From Alkalispirochaeta sp. (GTDB lineage Bacteria > Spirochaetota > Spirochaetia > DSM-27196 > Alkalispirochaetaceae), in NCBI GenBank assembly GCA_965601925.1, contig OZ271854.1, positions 4,463,604 to 4,527,603 on the forward strand: a DNA stretch of 64,000 nt, read 5' to 3'. The translations under genes and the position numbers were made by a program. Positions 35,337 through 45,497 of this stretch are shown piece by piece. How positions within the stretch are numbered: the stretch's first letter is position 1; each line of letters opens with the position of its first letter. The notes beneath the pieces were generated by a model, which searched no databases, was not told the origin of the DNA, and saw only the letters and a list, made by a program, of their open reading frames with translations.

Positions 35337-37310
35337 TCAGCCGGCGGTGGCATCCTTCGCCGGTTCCTCGTCGACAAAGCGACAGATCAGCATCGTCATA
35401 TCGTCGTGTTGTGCCGCTCCGGCGACAAAATCGTCGATGCTCGCCATCATGGTGCTCAGTACCGAAGAGCTCTCGGCGTTCCAATCGGAGCCGTTCGAGA
35501 GCGTCTGCAGCAGTGAAATGAGGCGTTCGGATCCGAAACTACGCCCCTCGGCGTCGAAGGCTTCCACCACGCCGTCGGTAAACAGCACCAGGGTCGAGCC
35601 CGGCGTAAAGGCGATCGTACGGGAGGGATATTCGCCGTCGGCCTCAATTCCGATCGGCAGTCCGTCGGCGTCGAGTTCGGTGATGCGAGGCGCATCGACG
35701 CGGTGGACCAGCGCGGGATGGTGACCGGCGTTGGCAAAGGACAGACGCATTAGTCGCGGCTCGAAGATGATAACGCTCGCGGTAGCGAATCGATCGAGCT
35801 CGAGCGCTCCGCTCACGCCGGCGTTGATCATTTTCAACACCTCTCCCGCGTCCTGGGTCTGTTGCAGCACAATGTGGGCGATGGTTCGTACCATGACCAT
35901 AACCAATGCCGCCGGCACACCCTTCCCCGAGACGTCGCAAATGAGCACGGCGGTCCGATCGTCACCCAACGGAATGACGTCATAGTAGTCGCCGCCCACA
36001 CCGAGGGCCGGTCGACTGGTCCCCGCAAACTCCATCACCCCGTTGCGCAGCGTCGGCGGCGCCTGCAGCCGATTCTGGATGTCCCCGGCAATTTCGATTT
36101 CCCGTTGAATACGGTAACTATAGTAGTTATCAAGGGTTACCGCGACGAAGTTCGCCATCGTACGGGCGTGATCGAACTCTACGGCGGTAAATCGGCGTGA
36201 CGACTCTCGACGAATGACGCTTAACAACCCCAATACCTCATGACGAACCACCAGGGGCAACACGAGTACCGATCGAAGGTGGAGAACCCGGTCCGCGGCG
36301 TGGTCCTTGAACGCCGGCTCCTGCGCGGCGTCCTCAATGATACGCGCCGTTCCCGACGCGAGTGCCGCTCCCCATACCGGCATGTCGTGGGTGATGTCGA
36401 GGCTCATGAGAAAGCCGCGGAGCGCACCCTGCTTCGTTTTGACGATATCCGGCACGGCGACCGGGGGTGGGAAGAGGCCGTTTACGGCGCACACCCTGAT
36501 CTGCCCCGCTTCCGAGATGATCGCGACCCCCGCATCCGCGTCGGTCGCCTCGACCATCGTATCTATTGCAGCGCGTAGGATCGTCTCCGGGTCGCGTCCG
36601 CTACCCAACGAACGCCCCACGCCCGAGAGAAATCCGAACAGCGAACGCGTGTTCCGACGGAGACTCCGCGTTCGCTCACGTTGCTCTTGGAGCGCGTAGT
36701 GCATTGCATAGAGCGAGAGAATCACGAAGGGCGCCAGGGCGGTAATCGCAACGACCGATTCAAACACGGCGAAGCTGAGGGGGACGGCCGCGTATAACAC
36801 GCTCTGCCCCATCAGGGCGACCTGGAGATACGGTTTGATCGTCTCGACTTCGCGTGCTCGGCGGTACGAAAAGCGATCGATCCGCAGGATCGCAACGAAC
36901 GTTACGGCAAACAAGAGGAGCGGTGTGAGATAGATCACGACGCGTCGCATCATCGCGGCGTTCGCCCCTAGAAACCACGACATTCCGAACACCGCAACCG
37001 CGACGGAAGAGCCGGCGATCGCGGCGATGAAAGTGCGGTTGGTACGGCGATATCGTCCGGTCCAACGGAGCAGCATCAGATAGACGGCAATCTCTCCGGA
37101 CACTCGAACGACGGGAAGCAGAGCCGGCTGAACGATCGGCAGGAACGTTGCCGCGATATCGCGAACGAGGAGGATTTTTGCCGCAACGAGCAAAAACGTC
37201 ACGTCACCGCGGCGAGTAGCGATTCTTACGAATCGGGCGATAAGGAAGAGAAAAAGGGCGGTGAAGAACCGCGACCACAGCGGCACTGACGGCAATAGCG
37301 GCACGAGCAT
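35337..37310 (-). CDS. Membrane GAF + PP2C/SpoIIE (RsbU-like) phosphatase
   Basis: N-terminal TMs, GAF, VGGDYYD, ICDVSGKG, NAGH, FTDGVVE, QHDDMT. Confidence 0.9.
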   Translation of the reverse strand: MLVPLLPSVPLWSRFFTALFLFLIARFVRIATRRGDVTFLLVAAKILLVRDIAATFLPIVQPALLPVVRVSGEIAVYLMLLRWTGRYRRTNRTFIAAIAGSSVAVAVFGMSWFLGANAAMMRRVVIYLTPLLLFAVTFVAILRIDRFSYRRAREVETIKPYLQVALMGQSVLYAAVPLSFAVFESVVAITALAPFVILSLYAMHYALQEQRERTRSLRRNTRSLFGFLSGVGRSLGSGRDPETILRAAIDTMVEATDADAGVAIISEAGQIRVCAVNGLFPPPVAVPDIVKTKQGALRGFLMSLDITHDMPVWGAALASGTARIIEDAAQEPAFKDHAADRVLHLRSVLVLPLVVRHEVLGLLSVIRRESSRRFTAVEFDHARTMANFVAVTLDNYYSYRIQREIEIAGDIQNRLQAPPTLRNGVMEFAGTSRPALGVGGDYYDVIPLGDDRTAVLICDVSGKGVPAALVMVMVRTIAHIVLQQTQDAGEVLKMINAGVSGALELDRFATASVIIFEPRLMRLSFANAGHHPALVHRVDAPRITELDADGLPIGIEADGEYPSRTIAFTPGSTLVLFTDGVVEAFDAEGRSFGSERLISLLQTLSNGSDWNAESSSVLSTMMASIDDFVAGAAQHDDMTMLICRFVDEEPAKDATAG

Positions 37311-37476
37311 GGGGACATGCTCACTCTACCACTGTGGTCGGGGCGGGTCAACGAAGGCCGAAATCGGTCCGATCGTACTCATCGTGAGAGGATGCATCGA
37401 AGGCTGCGCGAATCGTGTGAGTGACAACTTGATCGATCGCGACTGAGTGAGGTACAACTCCTTCCGGAGGTCGTAG

Positions 37477-38145
37477 TTGAAGTTTCTCGCGTGGTTATGT
37501 TTGGTCGGCGCGGTCTGGGGCGGAAACGTGTATGGCCGGCAAAACGATGCCGACCCCCGGGACGATACGTCCTCCGATCGCGATGTAGCCATAGTACTCC
37601 AAGCGCTCGATCGAGAGCGACGAGAGATACTACGGTTCGCCGGACTGAGCTCCGTCGCCGGCCTCGGGGCGGTGGGTCTCTATAGCACCGCTTACGCAAC
37701 GCGCGGCGACGGGGTCCTCGCGCTGACGGCGTTGGGACTGTTGGCGGGGGACCTCGTTCTGGCGAACCGAGCCGTCGCCGCGACTCAGGACTACATCAAC
37801 CTGGTACGATTGGTCGATCCGGGACTCGATACTCGACCCCTCTCACGCTCGGCACAAACGGTCAGAGCATCCTTTACGCTCCTTGGCGGAGGAGTGGGTG
37901 TAGCACTGGGCGGGCTTGTCGTAGCCAGCTTTCCGGCCCTCTGGTCGTTAGTCGACGGCGAAAATCGAGAACAGTTGGCGAGGACGGCCGGGTACATTCT
38001 CATCGGCGGTGCCGTCGCGGGAGGATCAATGGTCGCAATCTCGTTTCCGTTGCGCATCGGTGGAACGATGGCGATGCGACGTCGCGTTCGATCGCTTCAC
38101 GAAGAGGCGTACGCAGCAGTCGACCGGGCGAGCGGACACAACTAA
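37477..38145 (+). CDS. Hypothetical membrane protein
   Basis: Signal-like N-terminus plus about 4 TM segments in two similar halves. Confidence 0.55.
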   Translation: MKFLAWLCLVGAVWGGNVYGRQNDADPRDDTSSDRDVAIVLQALDRERREILRFAGLSSVAGLGAVGLYSTAYATRGDGVLALTALGLLAGDLVLANRAVAATQDYINLVRLVDPGLDTRPLSRSAQTVRASFTLLGGGVGVALGGLVVASFPALWSLVDGENREQLARTAGYILIGGAVAGGSMVAISFPLRIGGTMAMRRRVRSLHEEAYAAVDRASGHN

Positions 38146-38231
38146 TCGTAGACGCAATCCGCGGCCTCACCTCCGAACGGCGCACGGCAGCCGAACACGA
38201 ACGCGGTGCGCCCACCCATACGGCACGTTTC

Positions 38232-38262
38232 GACCGTGGAGGGGCATTACCCCTCCATGGTC
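38232..38262. terminator. Hairpin between convergent genes
   Basis: GACCGTGGAGGGG-CATTA-CCCCTCCATGGTC. Confidence 0.6.
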
Positions 38263-38266
38263 AGCA

Positions 38267-39934
38267 TTACCGGGTTTCGATCTTGTATATCGCGACCGTA
38301 CCGGAGAGCTCGTAGCCGACGACGACAAGCGGCTCGCCGTTGGGACTCTCGTCGGCGGAAATGAATACCATCCCTTCCGGGGAAATGTCGTTTCCGGGAT
38401 CTCCGCTTCCGTCGTTAGAGAGCACGTACTCCACGAACACCGGTTGTGCCGGATCGGATATATCCCACACGACGAAGCCACCCAGCGCGCGCTCGAGTCC
38501 GAGAAATGCGTATGGGCGTCCTCCGACGATTCCGGTCACGACGGCCTCCGGCTCCGGTCCCTTGTCGTCGCTGCGTGCGTCGAACTCTTCGACGAGACCG
38601 TCGTTCGCGTTGAATCCGTCGGGGGTAATACGCGACAGTACGCGTTCGAGTTCGGCGCCGGTATCGGCAAAGAGGCTGAGACTATCTCCGTCGGCGGCCC
38701 ATACCGTCATGGAACGTCCGCCGTACACATAGATCTGGTCGATATCACCGTCGTCGTCGATATCGCCGGTCGCGTCGGTCGTGCGTAATCGTCCGAGGAC
38801 GGCATCGTCCACGAGCGCTGCGGCGTTCGGATATGCGCCGCCGTCGAGTGTAAGGTCGGCGATGCGCGTCTCCTCGCTGTACCCGTCGTAGTCGCGGGCG
38901 TCGCCCTCGTTGGCGCTCAATAGATACTGTCGTCCGTCGATGACAATCGCCGTTATCGCATCGGGCTGGTACATCCCGAGTATCGGCGCCGTGCGAAGAA
39001 GAATCTCGCCGTCGCGGTCGCTCGTGTCCAGCTCGTTCTCCGCACGGCTGTGATCCTTGAATCCGAGCGGCACGACCGCACGAACTCGAGCGGCGCGGAT
39101 ATCGACGACCGCAACGGCGTTGTTCTCCTGGAGCGAGACCCAAGCTGTGCGCGAATCGTCGCTCACGGCGATATACTCAGGCTCGAGATCCTCCGCGACG
39201 CTCGCTCCGGGGCCGAAGATGCGCACACCCTGTGCGACAAGTGCCGCCCGACGGTCGTTAAAGGCGGTAAAGTCGGCGGTGCGCACCGTCGCGCCGCCGT
39301 AGCCGGAGGAGAGGTCGACAACGGTGATCGAGCCTTCCGGGTCGACGGTATAGTCGTCCGACGGCTCTCCTTCGTCGGCGGACAAGAGGTATCGTCCGTC
39401 GGGGGTAAACGTCACCATATCGGGCAACACGCCGGCCTCGAAGGAGGCCACGACCTCGCCGTCGAGATCCATAAGAAGGAGCGTTCCCCGATCGTCCACC
39501 TCTTCGGCCTCCATAGCAACGGCGAGGTAGCCGCCGTGTACCGCGACGCTGTTGGCGGAGGCCCCGTACCGGCCGACGTCGATATGTCGAATGAGCTCGG
39601 GCCGCGTGGGATCGGCGATATCAACGATATCGACCGACCTTTGCGCGGCGTTAACGACATAAATCCGCCGCGACTCGGCACTGTAGGCGACGATCTCCGC
39701 CGCGCCTTCGCCCAAACCGGAGTCAAAACCGCCGATCTTGTCGACGCCGACAATACTGAGCCGGTCCGCGGTATCGTGAGAGCCCTCCCGCATATCGTCG
39801 TCGTCGGTCTCACGAAGTTGGGCCCCCGAACGCGACTCCACCGCCGGAGCTCCCGCATCGTCCTGAGCTCCGCCGGCCGACACGCTTCCCACGGCGATCA
39901 GAGCCGGGATGATCAAAAGAACGTAACGCTTCAT
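38267..39934 (-). CDS. Choice-of-anchor I family (alkaline-phosphatase-associated beta-propeller) exported protein
   Basis: AAEIVAY, GVLPDMVTFTPDG..LLSADEGEP, LEPEYIAV, SLQENNA, YQPDAI, ANEGDARDY, RSDDKGPEPE, GLER, SPEGM, GYELSGT. Confidence 0.85.
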   Translation of the reverse strand: MKRYVLLIIPALIAVGSVSAGGAQDDAGAPAVESRSGAQLRETDDDDMREGSHDTADRLSIVGVDKIGGFDSGLGEGAAEIVAYSAESRRIYVVNAAQRSVDIVDIADPTRPELIRHIDVGRYGASANSVAVHGGYLAVAMEAEEVDDRGTLLLMDLDGEVVASFEAGVLPDMVTFTPDGRYLLSADEGEPSDDYTVDPEGSITVVDLSSGYGGATVRTADFTAFNDRRAALVAQGVRIFGPGASVAEDLEPEYIAVSDDSRTAWVSLQENNAVAVVDIRAARVRAVVPLGFKDHSRAENELDTSDRDGEILLRTAPILGMYQPDAITAIVIDGRQYLLSANEGDARDYDGYSEETRIADLTLDGGAYPNAAALVDDAVLGRLRTTDATGDIDDDGDIDQIYVYGGRSMTVWAADGDSLSLFADTGAELERVLSRITPDGFNANDGLVEEFDARSDDKGPEPEAVVTGIVGGRPYAFLGLERALGGFVVWDISDPAQPVFVEYVLSNDGSGDPGNDISPEGMVFISADESPNGEPLVVVGYELSGTVAIYKIETR

Positions 39935-40088
39935 CCGTTCCTCCTCCTATGAAATTGCCGTAAAAGTTGTGCGATGTTCGTGAGAAAACCTTTACGATTG
40001 AGTCAGGTTTGCATCAGTAGCGAGCGTGATTACTGTTGGATTGCCTCCGTAGCGCTCCACTCTGCTCTCGTGATACGATCCCGCCGTC

Positions 40089-40925
40089 ATGAAAAGAACA
40101 CTATTATCGAATCATTCGATATCGATACCGAGCGCACTCATCCTTGCGCTCTTGTTCGCGGTGAGCGCCACACGCCCGGTGCACGCGCAGTCGGCGCTCG
40201 AATGGGCCGCCGAGGAGCGTGCACGGTTTGACGGGTTACCGACCGTTTCGGTCGCCACCGACAGCACGTGGCCGCCGATGGAGTACATCAATACGGATCG
40301 GGAGTTGGTCGGATTCGATATCGACCTCCTGCGGGAAGTGGGCCTGCGAGCCGGATTCCGTCCGGAGTTTCGGACCGTAGCGTGGGACGGTATCTTCGCC
40401 GGATTGGCGGCGCGGCAGTACGACATGATCGCATCCTCGGTCACACTCCTTGAGGAGCGTACGCGCGTCATGCGTTTTTCTACTCCCTACTTTCGCGCGG
40501 CGCAATACCTCGTCGTCCGCGCCGAGCAGGCGACGGTCGAGGAAATATCCGACCTCGCCGGAGGTACCGTAGGCGCTCAAATAGGCACCACCGGATCACG
40601 TTTGATTGCCGCGACCCCGGGAGTCGAGGTTAGAACCTACGACGATCTCGGCCTCGCGGTCGAAGACTTGGCCAACGGTCGCCTGGAGGGTATCGTCGCC
40701 GATACGGCGATCGTGGAGTATTTCGTCATGTCGAACGAGCGCTACGGATCGATTCTTCGCGTCGTGGACGAGCCGTACGCTATTGAGGATTACGCCTTTG
40801 CAATCCGCATGGATCTTCCGGGGTTGCAGGCCGATATCAATCGAGCCTTGGTGGAGATCGAACGCGACGGAACGCTCGAGCACCTGCGCCGTTTCTGGTT
40901 TCGCAACCTCCCGGACCATCCGTAA
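40089..40925 (+). CDS. Polar amino acid ABC transporter substrate-binding protein
   Basis: ATDSTWPPMEY, VGFDIDL, AWDGIFAGL, FSTPY, GAQIGTTG. No permease or ATPase adjacent. Confidence 0.88.
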   Translation: MKRTLLSNHSISIPSALILALLFAVSATRPVHAQSALEWAAEERARFDGLPTVSVATDSTWPPMEYINTDRELVGFDIDLLREVGLRAGFRPEFRTVAWDGIFAGLAARQYDMIASSVTLLEERTRVMRFSTPYFRAAQYLVVRAEQATVEEISDLAGGTVGAQIGTTGSRLIAATPGVEVRTYDDLGLAVEDLANGRLEGIVADTAIVEYFVMSNERYGSILRVVDEPYAIEDYAFAIRMDLPGLQADINRALVEIERDGTLEHLRRFWFRNLPDHP

Positions 40926-40949
40926 GCGCACCGTCAGGAGGAGCAAACC

Positions 40950-41807
40950 GTGCCTGAGCTCCCGGAAGTACATACCGTCGTCGAGGATTTGAGAGCGGCG
41001 GGCCTCATCGGGGCGCGTATACTCAGGGCCGACGTATCGTGGGAACGCACCGTCGGCGGAGACCCCGAAGCATTCTGCTCGGCTGTGACCGCTCGCCGTA
41101 TCGACGCAGTATCGAGGCGCGGCAAGTACATCCGCGCCGATCTCAGCGGCGGGATGTCGCTTCTGGTACACCTCCGTATGAGCGGGAGACTCTTTTTAGA
41201 GAATGAGTCGGCGCCGCGTACCGGCTACGAGCGGGTCAGCCTCCTTCTTGAGGAAGAACGATCCGGACGGACGTCCAGACGAGAGTTACGGTTCCACGAT
41301 CCACGGAAGTTCGCCCGGATGATCGCCACCTCCCACCCCGATACGATTCTCGATACTTTGGGGATCGAACCGCTGGGCGCCGACTTCGACGAGGCGACGC
41401 TCGCGACGCTTCTGACCGGTCGACGCCGTATCAAACCGCTATTGCTCGATCAGACGGTGATAGCGGGTCTCGGCAATATCTATGTCGACGAGGCGTTGTG
41501 GCACGCCCGCATTCACCCCTTGAGATCGGCGTCGTCGTTAACGGAACGCGAGATCACCGCGCTGGCGGAGGCCATTCCCCTCGTGCTCCGACGCGGTATT
41601 CGTAACTTGGGCACCAGCCTGGGCTCGGGAAAGAGTAATTTTTACTTCCCCGACCGTACGACGCAGGCGCGTAATCAGGAGGAACTCAGGGTGTTTCGAC
41701 GCACCGGCCTCCCGTGTCCGCGCTGCGGCGAGACGATAGAGCGCCTCGTCGTCGCCCAACGATCGAGTCACGTATGCCCGGTGTGCCAGTCGGCCCCGAC
41801 GCGTTGA
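40950..41807 (+). CDS. mutM: Formamidopyrimidine-DNA glycosylase
   Basis: PELPEV N-terminus, RRGKY, HLRMSG, LLDQTVIAGLGNIYVDE, C-terminal Zn finger CPRC...CPVCQ. Confidence 0.96.
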   Translation: MPELPEVHTVVEDLRAAGLIGARILRADVSWERTVGGDPEAFCSAVTARRIDAVSRRGKYIRADLSGGMSLLVHLRMSGRLFLENESAPRTGYERVSLLLEEERSGRTSRRELRFHDPRKFARMIATSHPDTILDTLGIEPLGADFDEATLATLLTGRRRIKPLLLDQTVIAGLGNIYVDEALWHARIHPLRSASSLTEREITALAEAIPLVLRRGIRNLGTSLGSGKSNFYFPDRTTQARNQEELRVFRRTGLPCPRCGETIERLVVAQRSSHVCPVCQSAPTR

Positions 41808-41825
41808 TGTCCCGTCGCGCTACCG

Positions 41826-42986
41826 CTATCGCTGCTCCAACGTCCCGATAAGATCGATGAATGCGCGTCCGCGATTGAGACGCGCCAACCAATCTTCGGG
41901 AATGCCGATCTCGGCGCCGTCGGAGAAGAGGACGGCGCCCAGACTGCCCACGACCATCGCGCGACCGCAGCTGTCACCCGAGGCCAGAATGTTGCGACGC
42001 GCCGCATCGACGAAACTTCGTGCGCCGAGCAAATTATGGAGCGCGGCGGGCACGCCGCTTGCGAGCCGGCAGGCCGGTCCGACTTTCATCGTGACGGCCT
42101 TATTGTCGCCCCGTTTCTGCTTCAGCACCGTCTCCATCACGGCGACGATATGGTCGGGACTCCCGTCCAGCGCCGAACGGATTCCTCCCTCCAGCCCGTC
42201 GATATTCGCCTCCTCCGAGAGCGCCCACCGCAAGAGCCGCGCGACGAAATGAGCCCACGCGACCGCCCGGTCGTTGTTATTGGTGACACGAACGGCCTCC
42301 TCGACGGCCGTGTCGTCGACACTCGACTCCGTGGCAATCAGGACGGGCACCGCGGTTACGGCGGGCAACTGTTCGTCGTCGGCTCCGGGAAAGTCACGGG
42401 ATTCCTCGATACGGTCGATCATACTCCGGGACAGTGCACGCTGCGACTCCGTGGCTCCCGCCGCGCGCAACGCATCCTCGACCGACGCTCCGAGCTCGCC
42501 GCCGCGCGTACGTTCGGCCGCCTCAAGGACCTTTCCGGCGACCGTACGTTTCTCTTTCTCGCTTCCGTCAAAGGGCGTACTCATCGCCCGTTCGTGAGTC
42601 GCACGTCGCCGGACGAGCATATTCGTGAGCGTTTCGCGAGTCGGCGTGTCGATGTATCCCACGTACTCACCCCCGAAGCCGAAGTGGGCCTCAAAGGTCC
42701 GGGCGTAATGTTGCCAGTCGAACCGACCGCGTTCGACGACCGACCGCAATGTCGTGAGGAGCCCTTCGCCGTACATCGAGCCGTCACCGGCGCGTCGCCC
42801 GCCGTGAGCGAAGTAGGAGGGAACTCCTTCGTAATTGGCCGGATCGGGTTCGAGGAACTCCGGGGTGTCGCCGGCGACTCGACGTACGCGCGGTTGAGAG
42901 TATATCCAGTGAAGCCCCAGAGCCGCCGCATCGGCGACCGCGGCTCCGAGTATCATCGCGCTCCGGCGTGAGGAAAATGCACTCAT
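41826..42986 (-). CDS. ADP-ribosylglycohydrolase-fold protein (atypical motifs)
   Basis: ILGAAVADAAALGLHWIY, GDGSMYGE, GYIDTPTRE, NILASGDSCGRAMVVG. Confidence 0.8.
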   Translation of the reverse strand: MSAFSSRRSAMILGAAVADAAALGLHWIYSQPRVRRVAGDTPEFLEPDPANYEGVPSYFAHGGRRAGDGSMYGEGLLTTLRSVVERGRFDWQHYARTFEAHFGFGGEYVGYIDTPTRETLTNMLVRRRATHERAMSTPFDGSEKEKRTVAGKVLEAAERTRGGELGASVEDALRAAGATESQRALSRSMIDRIEESRDFPGADDEQLPAVTAVPVLIATESSVDDTAVEEAVRVTNNNDRAVAWAHFVARLLRWALSEEANIDGLEGGIRSALDGSPDHIVAVMETVLKQKRGDNKAVTMKVGPACRLASGVPAALHNLLGARSFVDAARRNILASGDSCGRAMVVGSLGAVLFSDGAEIGIPEDWLARLNRGRAFIDLIGTLEQR

Positions 42987-43037
42987 GTCGCTAAAGGTAG
43001 GTACGTCGAAAGGCGACGGCAAGACGGAGCGCGACGC

Positions 43038-44252
43038 CTAATTGTCGAGAACGGTGATTTCTACCCGACGGTTCATACGCCTGCCCGCCTCGGTCCGGTT
43101 GTCCGCGAGCGGCTCGTCGGCTCCGACGCCGCGGTAGAGAATCTGCTCGGGGCGTCGCGTACCTCGACGTAACAGGAAGTCGCCCACCGCGCGCGAACGT
43201 TCGATCGAGAGTGCACGTCGCCCCTCGACGGTACCGGCGAGGGCGGTGTGTCCGGTAATGAGGATATCGCGATCTCGATATTGCTCCAGGATGCGGGCGA
43301 TAGATCTCAGGCGCGCCTCCTCCTCAGGAAGGATATCCGCCGAGTCCGGAGGAAAGGCTACGTTCTCCAAGACGATCGAGACTCCGTCGCGGTCGGCGAT
43401 CACCGAAACGCCGTGCACGTCGCCCTCTTCCAGGAGCCGCTCCATCGTATCGATCGTCGCCGAGCGGTCGAGCGGCCTCGCCTCCAAAACCTCGGTGACC
43501 GCGGTACCTTCGTAGGTAATCGTCTGCCCGTTGGAAAGCAAAAAATGGATCCAGTACTCCTCCTCGGAGCCGGCGAGCCGTCCCCGGCTGAAATCCCAAT
43601 ACAGCACCTGCGAGGACCTCCCACTTACGAGGGACGGATAGAGGGCCGCGGTGCGCCGTTCGCGGTGGGCGATAGTAAACTCCGCCTCGATGATATGCAC
43701 GTTCCGTCCGCGCCATTGCCCGGGCCCGACGTAGCGATAGGAGACGGGAAACGCCATACGCAGCGGTTCCGACAGGCCGTACCCTACGCTGAGATCGTGG
43801 ACCTCACGTGCCGTCGCGGTCCACTGCTCGCCGAGTTCGATGTCGGAGTCGGGAAATACCGGCAGCTCCCGGGCGACGGGCATGAGATAGGCGGCGTCGA
43901 CCTCCATAAAACCGCGCGGATCGCGCGTGTAGACACTTCGATACTCGTCACGAAAGCCGACCGGGTCGCCGAAGCGTCTATCCGACTCGGTCAGGAAGAA
44001 CCGCGCACGATAGTGTCCGCGACCGCCGTCGGATCCCTCCGGCTCTATCTGAACTCGTGTGACGATTTGGGCCTCCCGTACGGGGTGCCCATTCAGAGAT
44101 ATGGTCTGATCGTTAATCGAGATCACCCGGTACGGCTCCCGGCCGTCGATGTCGAACTGAAGCCGAACGGTATCGTCGGCGCCGAGGGAAGCCGATACGA
44201 AAAGCGTCACGAGAAAGAGACGGAACACGCGTAGCGATCTATCGCGGAGCAT
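43038..44252 (-). CDS. OmpA-family protein (C-terminal peptidoglycan-binding domain)
   Basis: Signal peptide; FPPDSADIL, ITGHT, LSIERSRAV, GVGADEPLADN, NRRVEI. Confidence 0.88.
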   Translation of the reverse strand: MLRDRSLRVFRLFLVTLFVSASLGADDTVRLQFDIDGREPYRVISINDQTISLNGHPVREAQIVTRVQIEPEGSDGGRGHYRARFFLTESDRRFGDPVGFRDEYRSVYTRDPRGFMEVDAAYLMPVARELPVFPDSDIELGEQWTATAREVHDLSVGYGLSEPLRMAFPVSYRYVGPGQWRGRNVHIIEAEFTIAHRERRTAALYPSLVSGRSSQVLYWDFSRGRLAGSEEEYWIHFLLSNGQTITYEGTAVTEVLEARPLDRSATIDTMERLLEEGDVHGVSVIADRDGVSIVLENVAFPPDSADILPEEEARLRSIARILEQYRDRDILITGHTALAGTVEGRRALSIERSRAVGDFLLRRGTRRPEQILYRGVGADEPLADNRTEAGRRMNRRVEITVLDN

Positions 44253-44408
44253 ACGGGCCATACTATTGTTTTCGACATCACCGGGGCATCGTTCAACCGC
44301 GACGAAGAGGGAAATGCAGCGAACGGCGCGTTTCGGCCCTACTCAATCCGCGTACCACCTTTATCTCGGCGCCGTTTTATACTATCATCCATCGACGGTT
44401 GCAGCGGC

Positions 44409-44705
44409 ATGTCCATCTATCGCGTTCATTTTATGTGGAAAGACAAAGCGAGGACGATAGAAGCACGGGGTCTCGATATGACTCACCCGTATTTCGTCTC
44501 GATCACCGAACTCCTCTTCCCGGAGCGCAGCACGGTCATCATAGATCCGAATGACGACGAGCTACGCCGGGAATTTGGTGCGGCGCACCACCTTATGATA
44601 CCATTTCAAAGTGTGCAACTCATCGAGGAGCTGTCCAAAGACGAGTCGGAGAGCGGCGGCAAGGTGATTCCCTTCTCCGTGGCTGAGCGAGACGACGATG
44701 GATAA
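44409..44705 (+). CDS. DUF1820-like protein
   Basis: IYRVHF...IEAR...FVSITELLF...IIDP..D.LR.EF....LMIPFQSV..IEE. Confidence 0.7.
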   Translation: MSIYRVHFMWKDKARTIEARGLDMTHPYFVSITELLFPERSTVIIDPNDDELRREFGAAHHLMIPFQSVQLIEELSKDESESGGKVIPFSVAERDDDG

Positions 44706-45210
44706 CCGGGACGTAAGTGCGCGCGTTCTATCGACGCTACGGCAGATCATTCGCGCCATCGACATCCACTCCCGATATCTCTCCAAGCAATACGGCTTGA
44801 CCGGTCCGCAACTCATCGTCATCAGCGAGATCGCTCAGGCGGGCCCGATGACCATCGGTGAACTGGCACGCCGCGTGAGCCTGAGCCAGGCGACGGTCAC
44901 CACGATCCTCGACCGTCTGGAGCTGAAACTGTTGGCGAACCGCGTGCGGGGCGACCGAGACAAGCGGCGTGTCTACGTCAATATCTCCGATAAGGCGCGC
45001 AAGATCCTCGAAAGTCACCCGAATTTTCTCCAAGAGACCTTCATGCGCCGCTTCAGTGCGTTGGAAGAGTGGGAGCAAACGCTCATGCTCTCTTCTATTC
45101 AACGTATAGCGACGATGATGAACACCTCAGACCTCCCATCGGACGAGTACACGCTGGAAAGCGAGATGAAGGATCCCTCATGGATGCCGATGCGCAACGC
45201 AAAGAGGTAA
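44698..45210 (+). CDS. MarR-family regulator (EctR/CosR-like)
   Basis: LRQIIRAIDIHSRYL...GLTGPQL, SLSQATVTTILDRLE, DKRRV, LQETF...F..LEEWEQT. Confidence 0.85.
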   Translation: MDNRDVSARVLSTLRQIIRAIDIHSRYLSKQYGLTGPQLIVISEIAQAGPMTIGELARRVSLSQATVTTILDRLELKLLANRVRGDRDKRRVYVNISDKARKILESHPNFLQETFMRRFSALEEWEQTLMLSSIQRIATMMNTSDLPSDEYTLESEMKDPSWMPMRNAKR

Positions 45211-45497
45211 TCAGCGAGCTCGACAACGAATGGCACACGCTCAAGCACGGTAATCCGGTGCCGGGGTTGTATCCCCAGACCGGTACCGAGTTGGTGAAGG
45301 TCAGAGGAACCTCGCGTATCGAGCACGACCATACGATCACCACCTACGAAATCGTCGTCTCCGATAGCGGTCATATCGTAGGAAGATATCGCGTCGTGGC
45401 CGAGGAGATTCAGGCGGACTACGCGACCGGATACACCGAAGAAGACGCGGACGATCCTACGAATGCCGCCGCGGGCGGTTCGGAGGCGAGGGAGTGA
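45180..45497 (+). CDS. Hypothetical protein
   Basis: 105-aa ORF overlapping the MarR stop; its own stop overlaps the next GTG (GTGA). Confidence 0.6.
   Translation: MDADAQRKEVISELDNEWHTLKHGNPVPGLYPQTGTELVKVRGTSRIEHDHTITTYEIVVSDSGHIVGRYRVVAEEIQADYATGYTEEDADDPTNAAAGGSEARE

Noticed and set aside
41826-42986. Selenocysteine recoding in the SelJ-like protein
   Set aside because: The motif codon is TGC (Cys) and there is no in-frame TGA.
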